From: Acidimicrobiia bacterium
Lineage (GTDB): Bacteria; Actinomycetota; Acidimicrobiia; Acidimicrobiales; Ilumatobacteraceae
Direction of reading: 5' to 3'
Length of the DNA stretch: 45,905 nucleotides
NCBI GenBank assembly: GCA_033791105.1
Contig: JASJHI010000216.1
Span: 1-45,905, forward strand
This document shows positions 32,645 to 41,222 of this stretch, piece after piece. Within the stretch, counting starts at the first letter, position 1; each line of letters opens with the position of its first letter. The notes under the pieces were generated by a model. It saw only the letters and a list, made by a program, of their open reading frames with translations, had not been told where the DNA came from and ran no database searches. Made by a program: the position numbers and the translations under genes.

Positions 32645-34945
32645 ATGGGGCAGGTCCGCAGGAACACGATCGACACGCGCGACGCACGGCTCGTCGGGCT
32701 CATCGCGGCGATCTCGGCCATTGCGGCCGGCTTCTCGGGTGTCGAGCCCACCGGCGAGCCGGTTGCCGACGCGCTGCTCGCGGGATCGGTTGCAGCGCTC
32801 GCGACGTGGCTGGGGGCCTCGGCGCCGTGGTGGGCGCTCACGTTCGCAGCGGCCGTCGCTCTCGGCGGTTCGATCGGCGGGCCGGTCCTCTTGACGTTCG
32901 TGAGCGCGGCAGCGATCGGCGCCGCGTGCTGGATCGGCTACACCAAGGCCAACCAGCCCGCACTGAGGGCCGGCGTCGCGGGCGTCGCGGTGCAGGTGCT
33001 CTTCCAGCTCTCGTGGGATCCGCGGTTTCTGTCGTCGGCAGGCGCTGCGCTCTTGGCGGGCGGTCTCGTCGTCGTGACCGGCTACCGGCGACGCCGCGGG
33101 TACGTCAGGAAACGGATCCGCTGGGGCGCCCTCGCCGTCGTCGTGACCATGGTTGCGGCGGTCGGTGCCCTGGCCGCCGCCGCGTACGAGGCCGCCCGGC
33201 CGGCGAAGGACGGGTACGACACCCTCCTCGATGCGCTCGACCACATGGACGGTGGCGATGTCGACCAGGCCGCGCAGGCACTCTGGCAGGCATCGCTCGA
33301 ACTGGCGACGGCGCACGACGAACTGTCGGCGCCGCTGGCGCAGCCCGCACGGTTCGTTCCCGTCGTCGCGCAGAACAGATCCGCGGCCGCCGACGCCGTC
33401 GGCAGAGCAGCAGAGGCTTCGGCCGCCGCCGCCACCGCGCTCGAGGCGGTCGATCTCGACGACCTGACGATCTCGGGCGGGCGGATCGATCTCGAAGCCC
33501 TGGCTTCGCTCGAGGAGCCCCTCGCCGCGCTCGACATCGCCGTCGGCGACCTCAGCGGTGCGCTGAACGATGCGAGCGAGTCGCCGTGGTTGGTCGCACC
33601 ATTCCAATCCAGGCTCGACGAAGGGATCGAACGCGCCGGCGACACCGCACGACAGGCCGAGACGCTTGCACTCGCTGCGGCGGTCGGACCGGACATGCTC
33701 GGCGCCGACGAGCCGCGCAACTACTTCGTCGCCTTTGTCAACGCGGCCGAGTCGCGCGGCCAGAGCGGGTTGATGGGCAACTGGATTGTGATCTCGATCG
33801 ACGACGGAGCGATCGAGATCACTGACTCCGGCCGCACCGCTGACCTCCAGACCGAAGCGCTCGACGATCTGGTCCTTGACATCAGCGACGAATACCTCGA
33901 GCGATACGGCCAGTTCGGCGCCGCAACACCGTCGGGAGGTGTCGATCGAAAGTACTGGAGCACCGTCAACGTGTCGCCGGACATGCCGAGCGTCGGCGAC
34001 GTCATGGAGCAGATGTACGAGGCCGTCTCCGGCGACGACATCGACGGCGTGTTCATCATCGATGCCCGGGGCCTCGCCCACCTGCTCGCCATCACCGGCT
34101 CGATCGGGCTGGACGAGCTCGATCTGCGCCTCGGTCCCGAGAGCCTCGAGCAGTTCCTGGTGATCGATCAGTACCAGATCGAGGAGGCCGAACGAGAAGT
34201 CGTCCTCGAGACCGTGATCGCGTTGACGATGAACAACGTCCTCAGTGGCGAACTCCCGGAGCCCCAAGAGATGATCGCGTCGCTCGCCCCCGGCGCGCAG
34301 AACGGGCACATCTCGGCGTGGTCGACACACCCTGCCGAGCAGGCGCTGCTCGAGCAGGTCGGGATGGACGGCTCCCTCCCCGTGCCGACGATCGGAGGTG
34401 TCGACTCGCTCGCCGTCACATCGAACAACATGGCGGGGAACAAGATCGACTCATTCCTCGAGCGCACGATCGAGTACCGCCCGCGCGTGGACCAGGCCAC
34501 AGGGCGAGTCGACAGCACGGTGACGGTGACGCTGACGAACACCGCGCCTCGGTCGGGCCTACCCGACTACGTGATCGGCGCGATCGCCGAGATTCCGAAG
34601 GGTACGAACCGCACACTCGTCGAGCTGTTCACACCGCTCGACCTGATCGACGCCACCGTCGGCGGGGGCGCGACCGCACCCCAGGTCGGCAGCGAGTTGG
34701 CCCACAACGTCTACAGCCAGCAGATCGACATCGCAGCGGGAGACACGGTGGTCCTCGAGTACGAGCTCTCCGGCGGCATCGGTCGGGGTGAGTACCGACT
34801 CGCGTACCGTCCGCAGCCGCTCCCCCGGCCCGACCGGCTGATCATCGACGCGACGACCACCGCGGGAGACCTGCTCTTCGACTACGACGGAACCATCGAG
34901 CGACGCAGCGTGATCTCGTCGGATGGTGTCGAGGCCTGGCGCTGA
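32645..34945 (+). CDS. Membrane-anchored DUF4012-like protein (actinobacterial polysaccharide-locus-associated)
   Basis: ATG 32645 lies within ORF 32180..34945; the upstream part of that ORF overlaps the epimerase out of frame. The N-terminus has 5-6 hydrophobic spans. The large extracytoplasmic region contains YFVAFVNAAESRGQSGLMGNW, which resembles the conserved N-x-A-E-x-R-x-x-G-G core of DUF4012 as I recall it. Confidence 0.6.
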   Translation: MGQVRRNTIDTRDARLVGLIAAISAIAAGFSGVEPTGEPVADALLAGSVAALATWLGASAPWWALTFAAAVALGGSIGGPVLLTFVSAAAIGAACWIGYTKANQPALRAGVAGVAVQVLFQLSWDPRFLSSAGAALLAGGLVVVTGYRRRRGYVRKRIRWGALAVVVTMVAAVGALAAAAYEAARPAKDGYDTLLDALDHMDGGDVDQAAQALWQASLELATAHDELSAPLAQPARFVPVVAQNRSAAADAVGRAAEASAAAATALEAVDLDDLTISGGRIDLEALASLEEPLAALDIAVGDLSGALNDASESPWLVAPFQSRLDEGIERAGDTARQAETLALAAAVGPDMLGADEPRNYFVAFVNAAESRGQSGLMGNWIVISIDDGAIEITDSGRTADLQTEALDDLVLDISDEYLERYGQFGAATPSGGVDRKYWSTVNVSPDMPSVGDVMEQMYEAVSGDDIDGVFIIDARGLAHLLAITGSIGLDELDLRLGPESLEQFLVIDQYQIEEAEREVVLETVIALTMNNVLSGELPEPQEMIASLAPGAQNGHISAWSTHPAEQALLEQVGMDGSLPVPTIGGVDSLAVTSNNMAGNKIDSFLERTIEYRPRVDQATGRVDSTVTVTLTNTAPRSGLPDYVIGAIAEIPKGTNRTLVELFTPLDLIDATVGGGATAPQVGSELAHNVYSQQIDIAAGDTVVLEYELSGGIGRGEYRLAYRPQPLPRPDRLIIDATTTAGDLLFDYDGTIERRSVISSDGVEAWR

Positions 34946-34963
34946 GCGCTCCGCGGCACCGGA

Positions 34964-36106
34964 TCAGTCGGCTCGGGCCGAGAGGATCACGTCGCTGATC
35001 CAGCCGACGTCGTCATCGGTGAGCCCCGACCCAGACGGCAGGCTCAGACTTCTGGCGAACAGGGCTTCTGCGACGCCACCTCCGACGAGCGGGTGGTCGG
35101 CGAAGACCGGCTGCATGTGCATCGGCTTGAAGGAGTATCGAGCCTCGATCCGCTCACTTCGCAACGCCTCGATCACGTCTGACGGATCGGCCGCGAACCG
35201 TTCCGCGTCGAAGAACGCGGTGGAGAGCCAGTGGTTGGGCCGACAGTCGTCGGGGACGCCCTGGAACGTGACACCGGCCCCGCCGAGATTGCGCTCGTAC
35301 CCCTCGCGCACCCGACGCCGTTGGTCGATGCGACGCGGCAACGTGCGGAGCTGCCCGCGTCCGACGGCGGCGTTGAGGTTGCCCATGCGGTAGTTGAAGC
35401 CGATGTCCTCGTGTTCGTACCACGGGACCGGCTGTCGAGCCTGTGTGCTGAGGTAGCGGGCGCGTTGCACGATCGCGACGTCATCGCTCATGATCGCGCC
35501 GCCGCCGCCGGTGGTGACCATCTTGTTGCCGTTGAACGACAGCACGCCGACCCGGCCCTGGCGTCCCGCGTGAACGCCGCCGCGAGTAGCTCCGAGCGCC
35601 TCGGCCGCGTCCTGGACGAGCGGAACCTCGTGGTCGGCGCAGACCTCCGCCATCCGAACTCCGTCGGCGACCGAACCGTAGAGATCGACGCTGACGACCG
35701 CCGCCGGCCGCTGGCCCGAACGGTCACGTCGCGTCAATTCCTCGTCGAGCAGGTCGACGTCCATGTGCCATGTCTCGCGTTCACAATCGATGAAGCACGG
35801 CCGGGCGCCGAGATAGGTGGTCGCGAACGCGGTCGCTCCGAACGTCAGCGTGGGAGCGATCACGTCATCGCCCCGCTCGACCCCGACCGCCATCAGCGCG
35901 AGGTGGAGGGCCGCCGTGCCGCTGGACAGCGCGGCGACCTCGGGGGCGCCCGTGAGATCACTCAACTCGGCCTCGAAGGCGTCGATGTCTGGACCAGCCG
36001 GCGCGACCCAGTTCGAGTCGAACGCCGCCATGAGCAGCTCGCGTTCGTCCGCCCCCACCTCGGGCGCGGACAGCAACACCTTCCATTCGAATCCCGCACT
36101 CACCAC
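34964..36106 (-). CDS. DegT/DnrJ/EryC1/StrS-family PLP-dependent sugar aminotransferase
   Basis: ALSSGTAALHLAL, DAAEALG and SFNGNKMVTTGGGG (PLP-Lys). The start is approximate: GTG candidates at 36124, 36106, 36103 and 36079. Confidence 0.85.
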   Translation of the reverse strand: MVSAGFEWKVLLSAPEVGADERELLMAAFDSNWVAPAGPDIDAFEAELSDLTGAPEVAALSSGTAALHLALMAVGVERGDDVIAPTLTFGATAFATTYLGARPCFIDCERETWHMDVDLLDEELTRRDRSGQRPAAVVSVDLYGSVADGVRMAEVCADHEVPLVQDAAEALGATRGGVHAGRQGRVGVLSFNGNKMVTTGGGGAIMSDDVAIVQRARYLSTQARQPVPWYEHEDIGFNYRMGNLNAAVGRGQLRTLPRRIDQRRRVREGYERNLGGAGVTFQGVPDDCRPNHWLSTAFFDAERFAADPSDVIEALRSERIEARYSFKPMHMQPVFADHPLVGGGVAEALFARSLSLPSGSGLTDDDVGWISDVILSARAD

Positions 36107-36164
36107 GACAGTCTGACAGGTCACACGTTGGCACGGGCATCCCCGGACGGAAGACTCTCCCTCG

Positions 36165-36716
36165 ATGTCTCGTCCCCTGCAGGTGATCACGGTGTGCACG
36201 CACAATCGGACCAGGTCGGTCCTGATGGCCGGGCTGCTGGAACGACATGCTGCGGACGCGGGCCTCGAGGTCGCGATCACGTCGACCGGCTTCATCGAGG
36301 CCGGCCTTCCACCGACCGAGCGCACGGTCAAACTTCTCGGCCGGGTGGGCGTCGACGTGGCTCAGCACCGGAGTAGTCGTCTTGGCTCGGGTGCTCCGCC
36401 GGTGACCGACTTCGTCCTGACGGCCGAGCGCGCCCATGTCGTCTCGATCGCGTCACGGTGGCCCGAATTGTTCGACCGCGCCTTCACCCTGCCAGAGGCG
36501 GTCGAACGAGGCGAGGAGGTGGGTCCGCGCGGCGATCGCGACGTCCACGACTGGATCGCGGCGCTCGCCGGTGGGCGGCCGTCGAGACTCGCCTACATCG
36601 ACGACATCGGCGTCGGTCAGGTGGCGGATCCGACCGGCGGGTCACCCGCCGAGTGGCGGCGGGCATTCGGGATCATCGACGAGCTGACGAAGCAGCTCGT
36701 CACCCTGCTCGCATGA
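36165..36716 (+). CDS. Low-molecular-weight protein-tyrosine-phosphatase / ArsC-fold protein
   Basis: VITVCTHNRTRS fits the C-x5-R-(S/T) P-loop, and VADPTGG provides a DP general-acid loop. It is the plausible partner of the BY-kinase-like protein at 26273. Confidence 0.7.
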   Translation: MSRPLQVITVCTHNRTRSVLMAGLLERHAADAGLEVAITSTGFIEAGLPPTERTVKLLGRVGVDVAQHRSSRLGSGAPPVTDFVLTAERAHVVSIASRWPELFDRAFTLPEAVERGEEVGPRGDRDVHDWIAALAGGRPSRLAYIDDIGVGQVADPTGGSPAEWRRAFGIIDELTKQLVTLLA

Positions 36717-36731
36717 CATGATCGAGCGACG

Positions 36732-37598
36732 ATGCCCGACGTGAAGCAACTCGTTCAGCAACTCAGTTTGATGGCCGACTCGGTGGCGAGCCCGCCGGCC
36801 GGCGTCACGATCCTGATCTACCACCGGGTCGGTGGGGGAAGCGACAGCGCGGTCGATCTCGACGTCGATCAGTTCGATCGGCAACTCGCCCATCTCGCAG
36901 AGCATCACCGCGTGCTCACGCTCGACGCGGCCGTCGCCGAATTGACGGCCGGTGTCGCCGAGGGTTGGGGTGCGGCCAATCGATCCGATGCCGATGACAG
37001 CGGCGGCGCCGAGCCCGCCGCTGCGCGCGCCGTCGTGATCACGTTCGATGACGGCACCCCCGACTTCACCGACGTTGTTGTCCCCGCCCTCGAACGCCAC
37101 CAGCTGCCGGCGACGCTCTATGTCGCGACGAGCTTCATCGACGAGGGCCTCGACTTCCCCTGGGGGGCGCCACCGGCGGAGTGGGCACCGCTGCGCGAGT
37201 CCGTGGCGACCGGACTCGTCACAATCGGCTCCCACACCCATACCCATGGCCTGCTGGATCGGCTCGACGAAGCCGCTCTGGACGACGACCTCGACCGCTC
37301 GATCGACCTCATCACCGAGCACATCGGTGTCCGACCCCGGCACTTCGCCTACCCGAAGGCGGTGCCCGGGTCGGCTGCCGCCGAGATCGCTGTCCGCCGC
37401 CGCTTCGAGACCGCCGCGCTCGCCCGCAATCGGGTCAACCGGCCGCAGCGCACCGATCTCCACCGCTTGTGGCGCACGCCGGTCAAGCGTTCGGACACAC
37501 CGGATCTCTTCGCCGCACGGGCCGCCGGCGGGCTCCGTCTGGAGGGCGAACTACGGGCACTCGCCTCGCGAGTCCGGTACCGGGGCGCCGAACGATGA
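36732..37598 (+). CDS. Polysaccharide deacetylase (NodB homology domain)
   Basis: ILIYHRV, VVITFDDGTPDF (TFDDG motif), LPATLYV, IGSHTHTH. Confidence 0.8.
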   Translation: MPDVKQLVQQLSLMADSVASPPAGVTILIYHRVGGGSDSAVDLDVDQFDRQLAHLAEHHRVLTLDAAVAELTAGVAEGWGAANRSDADDSGGAEPAAARAVVITFDDGTPDFTDVVVPALERHQLPATLYVATSFIDEGLDFPWGAPPAEWAPLRESVATGLVTIGSHTHTHGLLDRLDEAALDDDLDRSIDLITEHIGVRPRHFAYPKAVPGSAAAEIAVRRRFETAALARNRVNRPQRTDLHRLWRTPVKRSDTPDLFAARAAGGLRLEGELRALASRVRYRGAER

Positions 37599-38767
37599 GC
37601 CGCCGCCACCGCCGGGTCGAAGGGCGCGATCGACCGGTTCTCGTCCATCTCACGACAACCGACATGAGCCTCGACTGGCTGCTCGGACCGCAGCTCGCCG
37701 CGTACGCCGAGGCCGGCTTCGACGTCATCGGAATGTCGGCACCGGGTCCACACGTCGAGGCGCTCGAGGCGCTGGGTGTGCAGCACATCCCGCTCGATGC
37801 GCTCACACGATCCAACAAGCCGACCCAGGACATCGCCGCGTTTGCGCAAATCGGGCGCGAAGTCCGCCGGCTACGTCCGGACATCCTGCACACCCACAAC
37901 CCGAAGCCGGGCATTCTCGGTCGGATCGCCGGGCGCCTCGCCAGCGTCCCCCTCGTCGTCAACACCCAGCACGGTCTCTACGCCCAACCGGACGATCGGC
38001 GCCGACGACGCTGGCCGGTGTACGCGGCCGAGCGCTTCGCGGCGTCGTTCGGCGATGTCGAACTGGTACAGAACCCCGAGGACGTCGACACACTCGTCGG
38101 GCCCCTGCACATCGCCGAGGACAAGGTTCGGCTCCTCGGCAACGGCGTCGATCTGTCCCGTTTCGATCCGAACGTTGTCGACGGGCAGGCGCGCTCCCGG
38201 CTGCGGTCGGAGTGGGGTGTCGCCGACGACGAGTTGCTCTGTCTGATGGTCGGTCGGCTCGTGCGTGAGAAAGGTGTCGTCGAGTTGCTCGAGGCGGCGC
38301 ATCTCCTCCATGAACGCGGCGCCCACACTCGCCTCGTCGTCGTCGGTCCGGTCGAACCCGACAAGTCCGATGCGATCGACTCGGCCACGATCGACCGGGC
38401 GCTCGCCGAGGGCGTCGTGATGACCGGGACGCGCACCGACATGCCCGAGTGCTACACCGCGGCCGACGTCTTCGTCACCGCGAGCTGGCGCGAAGGAATC
38501 CCGCGCAGTGCAATGGAAGCGGCAGCGATGGGGCTCCCGGCGGTGGCGACTGACATCCGCGGCAACCGCCAGGTCGTCGTCGACGAAGAGACCGGCTTCC
38601 TCGTGCCGGTCCGCGACGCCCAGTCACTGTCGACCGCACTCGGCCGGATGACCGATGAGGCGCTCCGCACACGCCTCGGCGCGGCGGCCCGTGAGCGGGC
38701 GTCCGTCGAATTCGACCAGCAACGAGTGATCGACCGGACGCTCGAGGCCTACTCGCTGTTGTCCTGA
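37595..38767 (+). CDS. Glycosyltransferase, GT4 family
   Basis: ATG 37595 forms an ATGA overlap with the deacetylase stop. VLVHLTTTDMSL...HTHNPKPG N-terminal domain; TASWREGIPRSAMEAAAMGLPAVATDIRGN C-terminal motif. Confidence 0.85.
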   Translation: MSRRHRRVEGRDRPVLVHLTTTDMSLDWLLGPQLAAYAEAGFDVIGMSAPGPHVEALEALGVQHIPLDALTRSNKPTQDIAAFAQIGREVRRLRPDILHTHNPKPGILGRIAGRLASVPLVVNTQHGLYAQPDDRRRRRWPVYAAERFAASFGDVELVQNPEDVDTLVGPLHIAEDKVRLLGNGVDLSRFDPNVVDGQARSRLRSEWGVADDELLCLMVGRLVREKGVVELLEAAHLLHERGAHTRLVVVGPVEPDKSDAIDSATIDRALAEGVVMTGTRTDMPECYTAADVFVTASWREGIPRSAMEAAAMGLPAVATDIRGNRQVVVDEETGFLVPVRDAQSLSTALGRMTDEALRTRLGAAARERASVEFDQQRVIDRTLEAYSLLS

Positions 38768-39396
38768 CCGACCCCGGGGCGATCGGGGCGGTCGGCGGGC
38801 AACTCCGTCATCGTCACCCCCGCCTCCTGCTCCACTCCACCGCCACCGAGCACCGCGGGAATCGTCCTCAACAGGATGCGAGCATCGCCGGACAGGCTCC
38901 GCTCGCGCACGTATTCGACATCGAGGGCGAGCCGTTCCGGCCAGTCGAGTTGATTGCGTCCGCTGACCTGCGCGAGACCGGTGATCCCGGGGAGCACCTC
39001 GAAGCGTTCGTACTCGTCACCGCGGAACCTCGACCAATAGTGGACCGGAAGCGGCCGCGGACCGACGAGGCCGATGTCGCCGCGCAGCAGGTTCAGCAGC
39101 GACGGCAACTCATCGAGGCTCGTCGAACGGATCCAGGCACCGGCCCGGGTGATCCGCTCCGCGTCGAACTCCGGCGACTCGCGGCCGGGACGGGGGTTGC
39201 GCATCGAGCGGAACTTGAGCAGTTCGAACGGGCGCCCACCGAGGCCGATCCGGCGCTGTCGATAGACGACGCCGCTTCCGACGGACAGACGCGTGGCGAT
39301 CGCCACCGCGAAGAGGATCGGCGAGGCCACGATGAGCAGCGAGATCGCGGCGAGCACGTCGGCTGCACGGCGGACGGCATCGGCAGGCGATCTCAT
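38749..39396 (-). CDS. Small bacterial sugar transferase (PglC/WecA-independent monotopic phosphoglycosyl transferase; initiating enzyme)
   Basis: A single N-terminal hydrophobic helix (VLAAISLLIVASPILFAVAIA), KFRSM, DELPSLLNLLRGDIGLVGPRP and PGITGLAQVSGRN. Its 3' end overlaps the convergent GT4 gene by 19 bp. Confidence 0.9.
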   Translation of the reverse strand: MRSPADAVRRAADVLAAISLLIVASPILFAVAIATRLSVGSGVVYRQRRIGLGGRPFELLKFRSMRNPRPGRESPEFDAERITRAGAWIRSTSLDELPSLLNLLRGDIGLVGPRPLPVHYWSRFRGDEYERFEVLPGITGLAQVSGRNQLDWPERLALDVEYVRERSLSGDARILLRTIPAVLGGGGVEQEAGVTMTELPADRPDRPGVGQDNSE

Positions 39397-40052
39397 CGGG
39401 TGGTCCCGTCGCGATCGCGAAGTCCGCGTGCTGGATTGCCGACGACGGTCGAGCCTGCCGCGACGTCGCGGATCACGACCGCGCCTCCTCCGACGACGGC
39501 GTCGGGACCGATCGAGATGCCGGGCAACACGCGAGCGCCGATCCCCACGAATGCCCGGTCGCCGATCGTCGCGGCACCGCCGATTGCCACGCCCGGTGCG
39601 ATGTGGACGTAATCGCCCACCGAACAGTCGTGGTCGACCGACGCGTTGGTGTTGACGATCGTGCCGGTACCGATCGTCGTTGCCGCGTTGACGACACATC
39701 CAGCGATCAACTGAACGCCTGGATCCAGCACAGCCGTGCGCGAGATCACCGCCGAGCCGCTCACCGCAGAGGCGAGTTCGTAACCTGCGTCGAGGAGCGA
39801 GGAGCAGACCCGCTGCCGGGCGGTGTTCATGCCGATCGGAACGCAGATACTCGTCACGCCGTGCTGCTCGACGATGGCGTCGACATCGTGTTCGGTCCCG
39901 AGCATCGGTACGCCGAGGTCGACAAGACCGGTGCCATCGGCGCTGACCGCTCCGACCACCGTGGTGCCCCGATCGATGAACGCCTCGATGCATACCCGCG
40001 CGTGACCACCCGCTCCGACGAGGAGGACGCGCTTTTCGGTCGAGCTCGACAC
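39393..40052 (-). CDS. NeuD/PglD-family sugar N-/O-acetyltransferase (left-handed beta-helix)
   Basis: GTG 40052. A Rossmann-like N-terminus VLLVGAGGHARV is followed by hexapeptide repeats (IGTGTIVNTNASVDHDCSVGDYVHIAPGVAIGGAATIGDRAFVGIGARVLPGISIG). 4-bp overlap with the downstream sugar transferase. Confidence 0.85.
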   Translation of the reverse strand: MSSSTEKRVLLVGAGGHARVCIEAFIDRGTTVVGAVSADGTGLVDLGVPMLGTEHDVDAIVEQHGVTSICVPIGMNTARQRVCSSLLDAGYELASAVSGSAVISRTAVLDPGVQLIAGCVVNAATTIGTGTIVNTNASVDHDCSVGDYVHIAPGVAIGGAATIGDRAFVGIGARVLPGISIGPDAVVGGGAVVIRDVAAGSTVVGNPARGLRDRDGTTR

Positions 40053-40133
40053 GACGCAACAGTAGCGAGGGTGCCGGCCTCCGACCTGCTCATCACATCG
40101 TTCAGCCGGAGACGGAGAGAGCGGGTCGAGGCG

Positions 40134-40207
40134 TGCCGACGGAGAGACTCGAACTCTCACTGACGGCGCCCTAAACGCCGTGCCTCTGCCAATTGGGCTA
40201 CGTCGGC
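40134..40207 (-). tRNA. tRNA-like gene with anticodon UAG (Leu by anticodon), a Leu-type D-arm and a short (5-nt) variable loop
   Basis: Hand-folded cloverleaf: GCCGACG-UA-GCC-CAAUUGGCAGA-GGC-A-CGGCG-UUUAGGG-CGCCG-UCAGU-GAGAG-UUCGAGU-CUCUC-CGUCGGC-A. All stems are perfect Watson-Crick. The T-loop is UUCGAGU and the discriminator is A. No CCA is encoded. Confidence 0.7.
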
Positions 40208-40244
40208 TCGCCGCTCAGGTTACGGGGAGGCCTTACGCTTCGGC

Positions 40245-41222
40245 GTGGTGATTCCGATGAACCGACTCGCGTCCGGCGTGGTCCGAGGCGCTGCCGTCGG
40301 CGTCGTCGGGGCGTGCGCCGCGGCGGTGCTGTCGCAGCACTTCGGTCATCGGGCGTACCGGAGGACGATCGGAATGCCGATCGCTGCGCTCCAGACCTTG
40401 ACGCCCCATCTCGGAGGCGCGTCGGCGCTGATCGCTGCCGTCGCCATGATCCGGCGGCGACCAACCCTGGCGGCGGGTTCCGCGGCAGTCTTCGTCGGCG
40501 CGTCCACGCTGACCACCCCACTGCTGATCCGGCGATCGCCCGGCACTGGCGTCCTCGGGGACGGGCTCACGATCGCCACCGTCAATCTGCTCTACACGAA
40601 TGTCTGGACCGAGGCGATCGCCGACGACCTGCTCGCTCGGGACATCGACGTCATCACGTTCACCGAATACACGGCGGCGCACCAGCGCGTGCTCCTCACT
40701 CACGATCTGGTGAGTCGGTATCCGCACCGGGTCGACCGCCCGGGACCACGCGCTCTCGGCGTGGCTGTCTGGAGCCGCGTACGACTCGAGCAGTGCACGC
40801 CGGCGGCAACGGTCAATCACAGCATCGATGTTCGAATATGCGCACCGGATCACACGTTCCGCCTGCTCGCGCTACACACGCCGACGCCCTTCGACGACCT
40901 GGGCGGCTGGTCAAAGGATCTCGATGTCATCCGCGCAGCCGGCGCGGCGTGCCCCGAACCGATGGTGATGATCGGCGACTTCAACGCGACGTGCTGGCAC
41001 CCTGCGATTCGTTCCATCCTCGCCGACGGCTACCGCGACGCACTCGTCGCCGCGGGTCGCCCGTTCGCAGCGTCGTGGCCCGTCGGGTCGGTCGTCCCTC
41101 CGTTCGCCCAACTCGACCACGCCCTCGTCGGGCCCGGCCTGATGGTGACCGGGGAATCGAATGTGCCGACCCCGGGCAGCGACCACCGTGGGTTGATCGT
41201 CAGCGTTGCGCCAGCGCGCTGA
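40245..41222 (+). CDS. Endonuclease/exonuclease/phosphatase (EEP) family protein with an N-terminal membrane region
   Basis: Hydrophobic N-terminus. IATVNLLYTN, DVITFTEY, MIGDFNAT and the terminal GSDHRGL (catalytic His) are typical EEP motifs. The start is GTG 40245 or ATG 40257. Confidence 0.75.
   Translation: MVIPMNRLASGVVRGAAVGVVGACAAAVLSQHFGHRAYRRTIGMPIAALQTLTPHLGGASALIAAVAMIRRRPTLAAGSAAVFVGASTLTTPLLIRRSPGTGVLGDGLTIATVNLLYTNVWTEAIADDLLARDIDVITFTEYTAAHQRVLLTHDLVSRYPHRVDRPGPRALGVAVWSRVRLEQCTPAATVNHSIDVRICAPDHTFRLLALHTPTPFDDLGGWSKDLDVIRAAGAACPEPMVMIGDFNATCWHPAIRSILADGYRDALVAAGRPFAASWPVGSVVPPFAQLDHALVGPGLMVTGESNVPTPGSDHRGLIVSVAPAR

Noticed and set aside
40053-40260. The tRNA-flanked junction as an integrative-element attachment site (genomic island or prophage boundary).
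   Set aside because: No integrase, excisionase or direct repeat of the tRNA 3' end was found within the window. The island idea is mentioned only as context in the tRNA finding and is not called as a mobile element.
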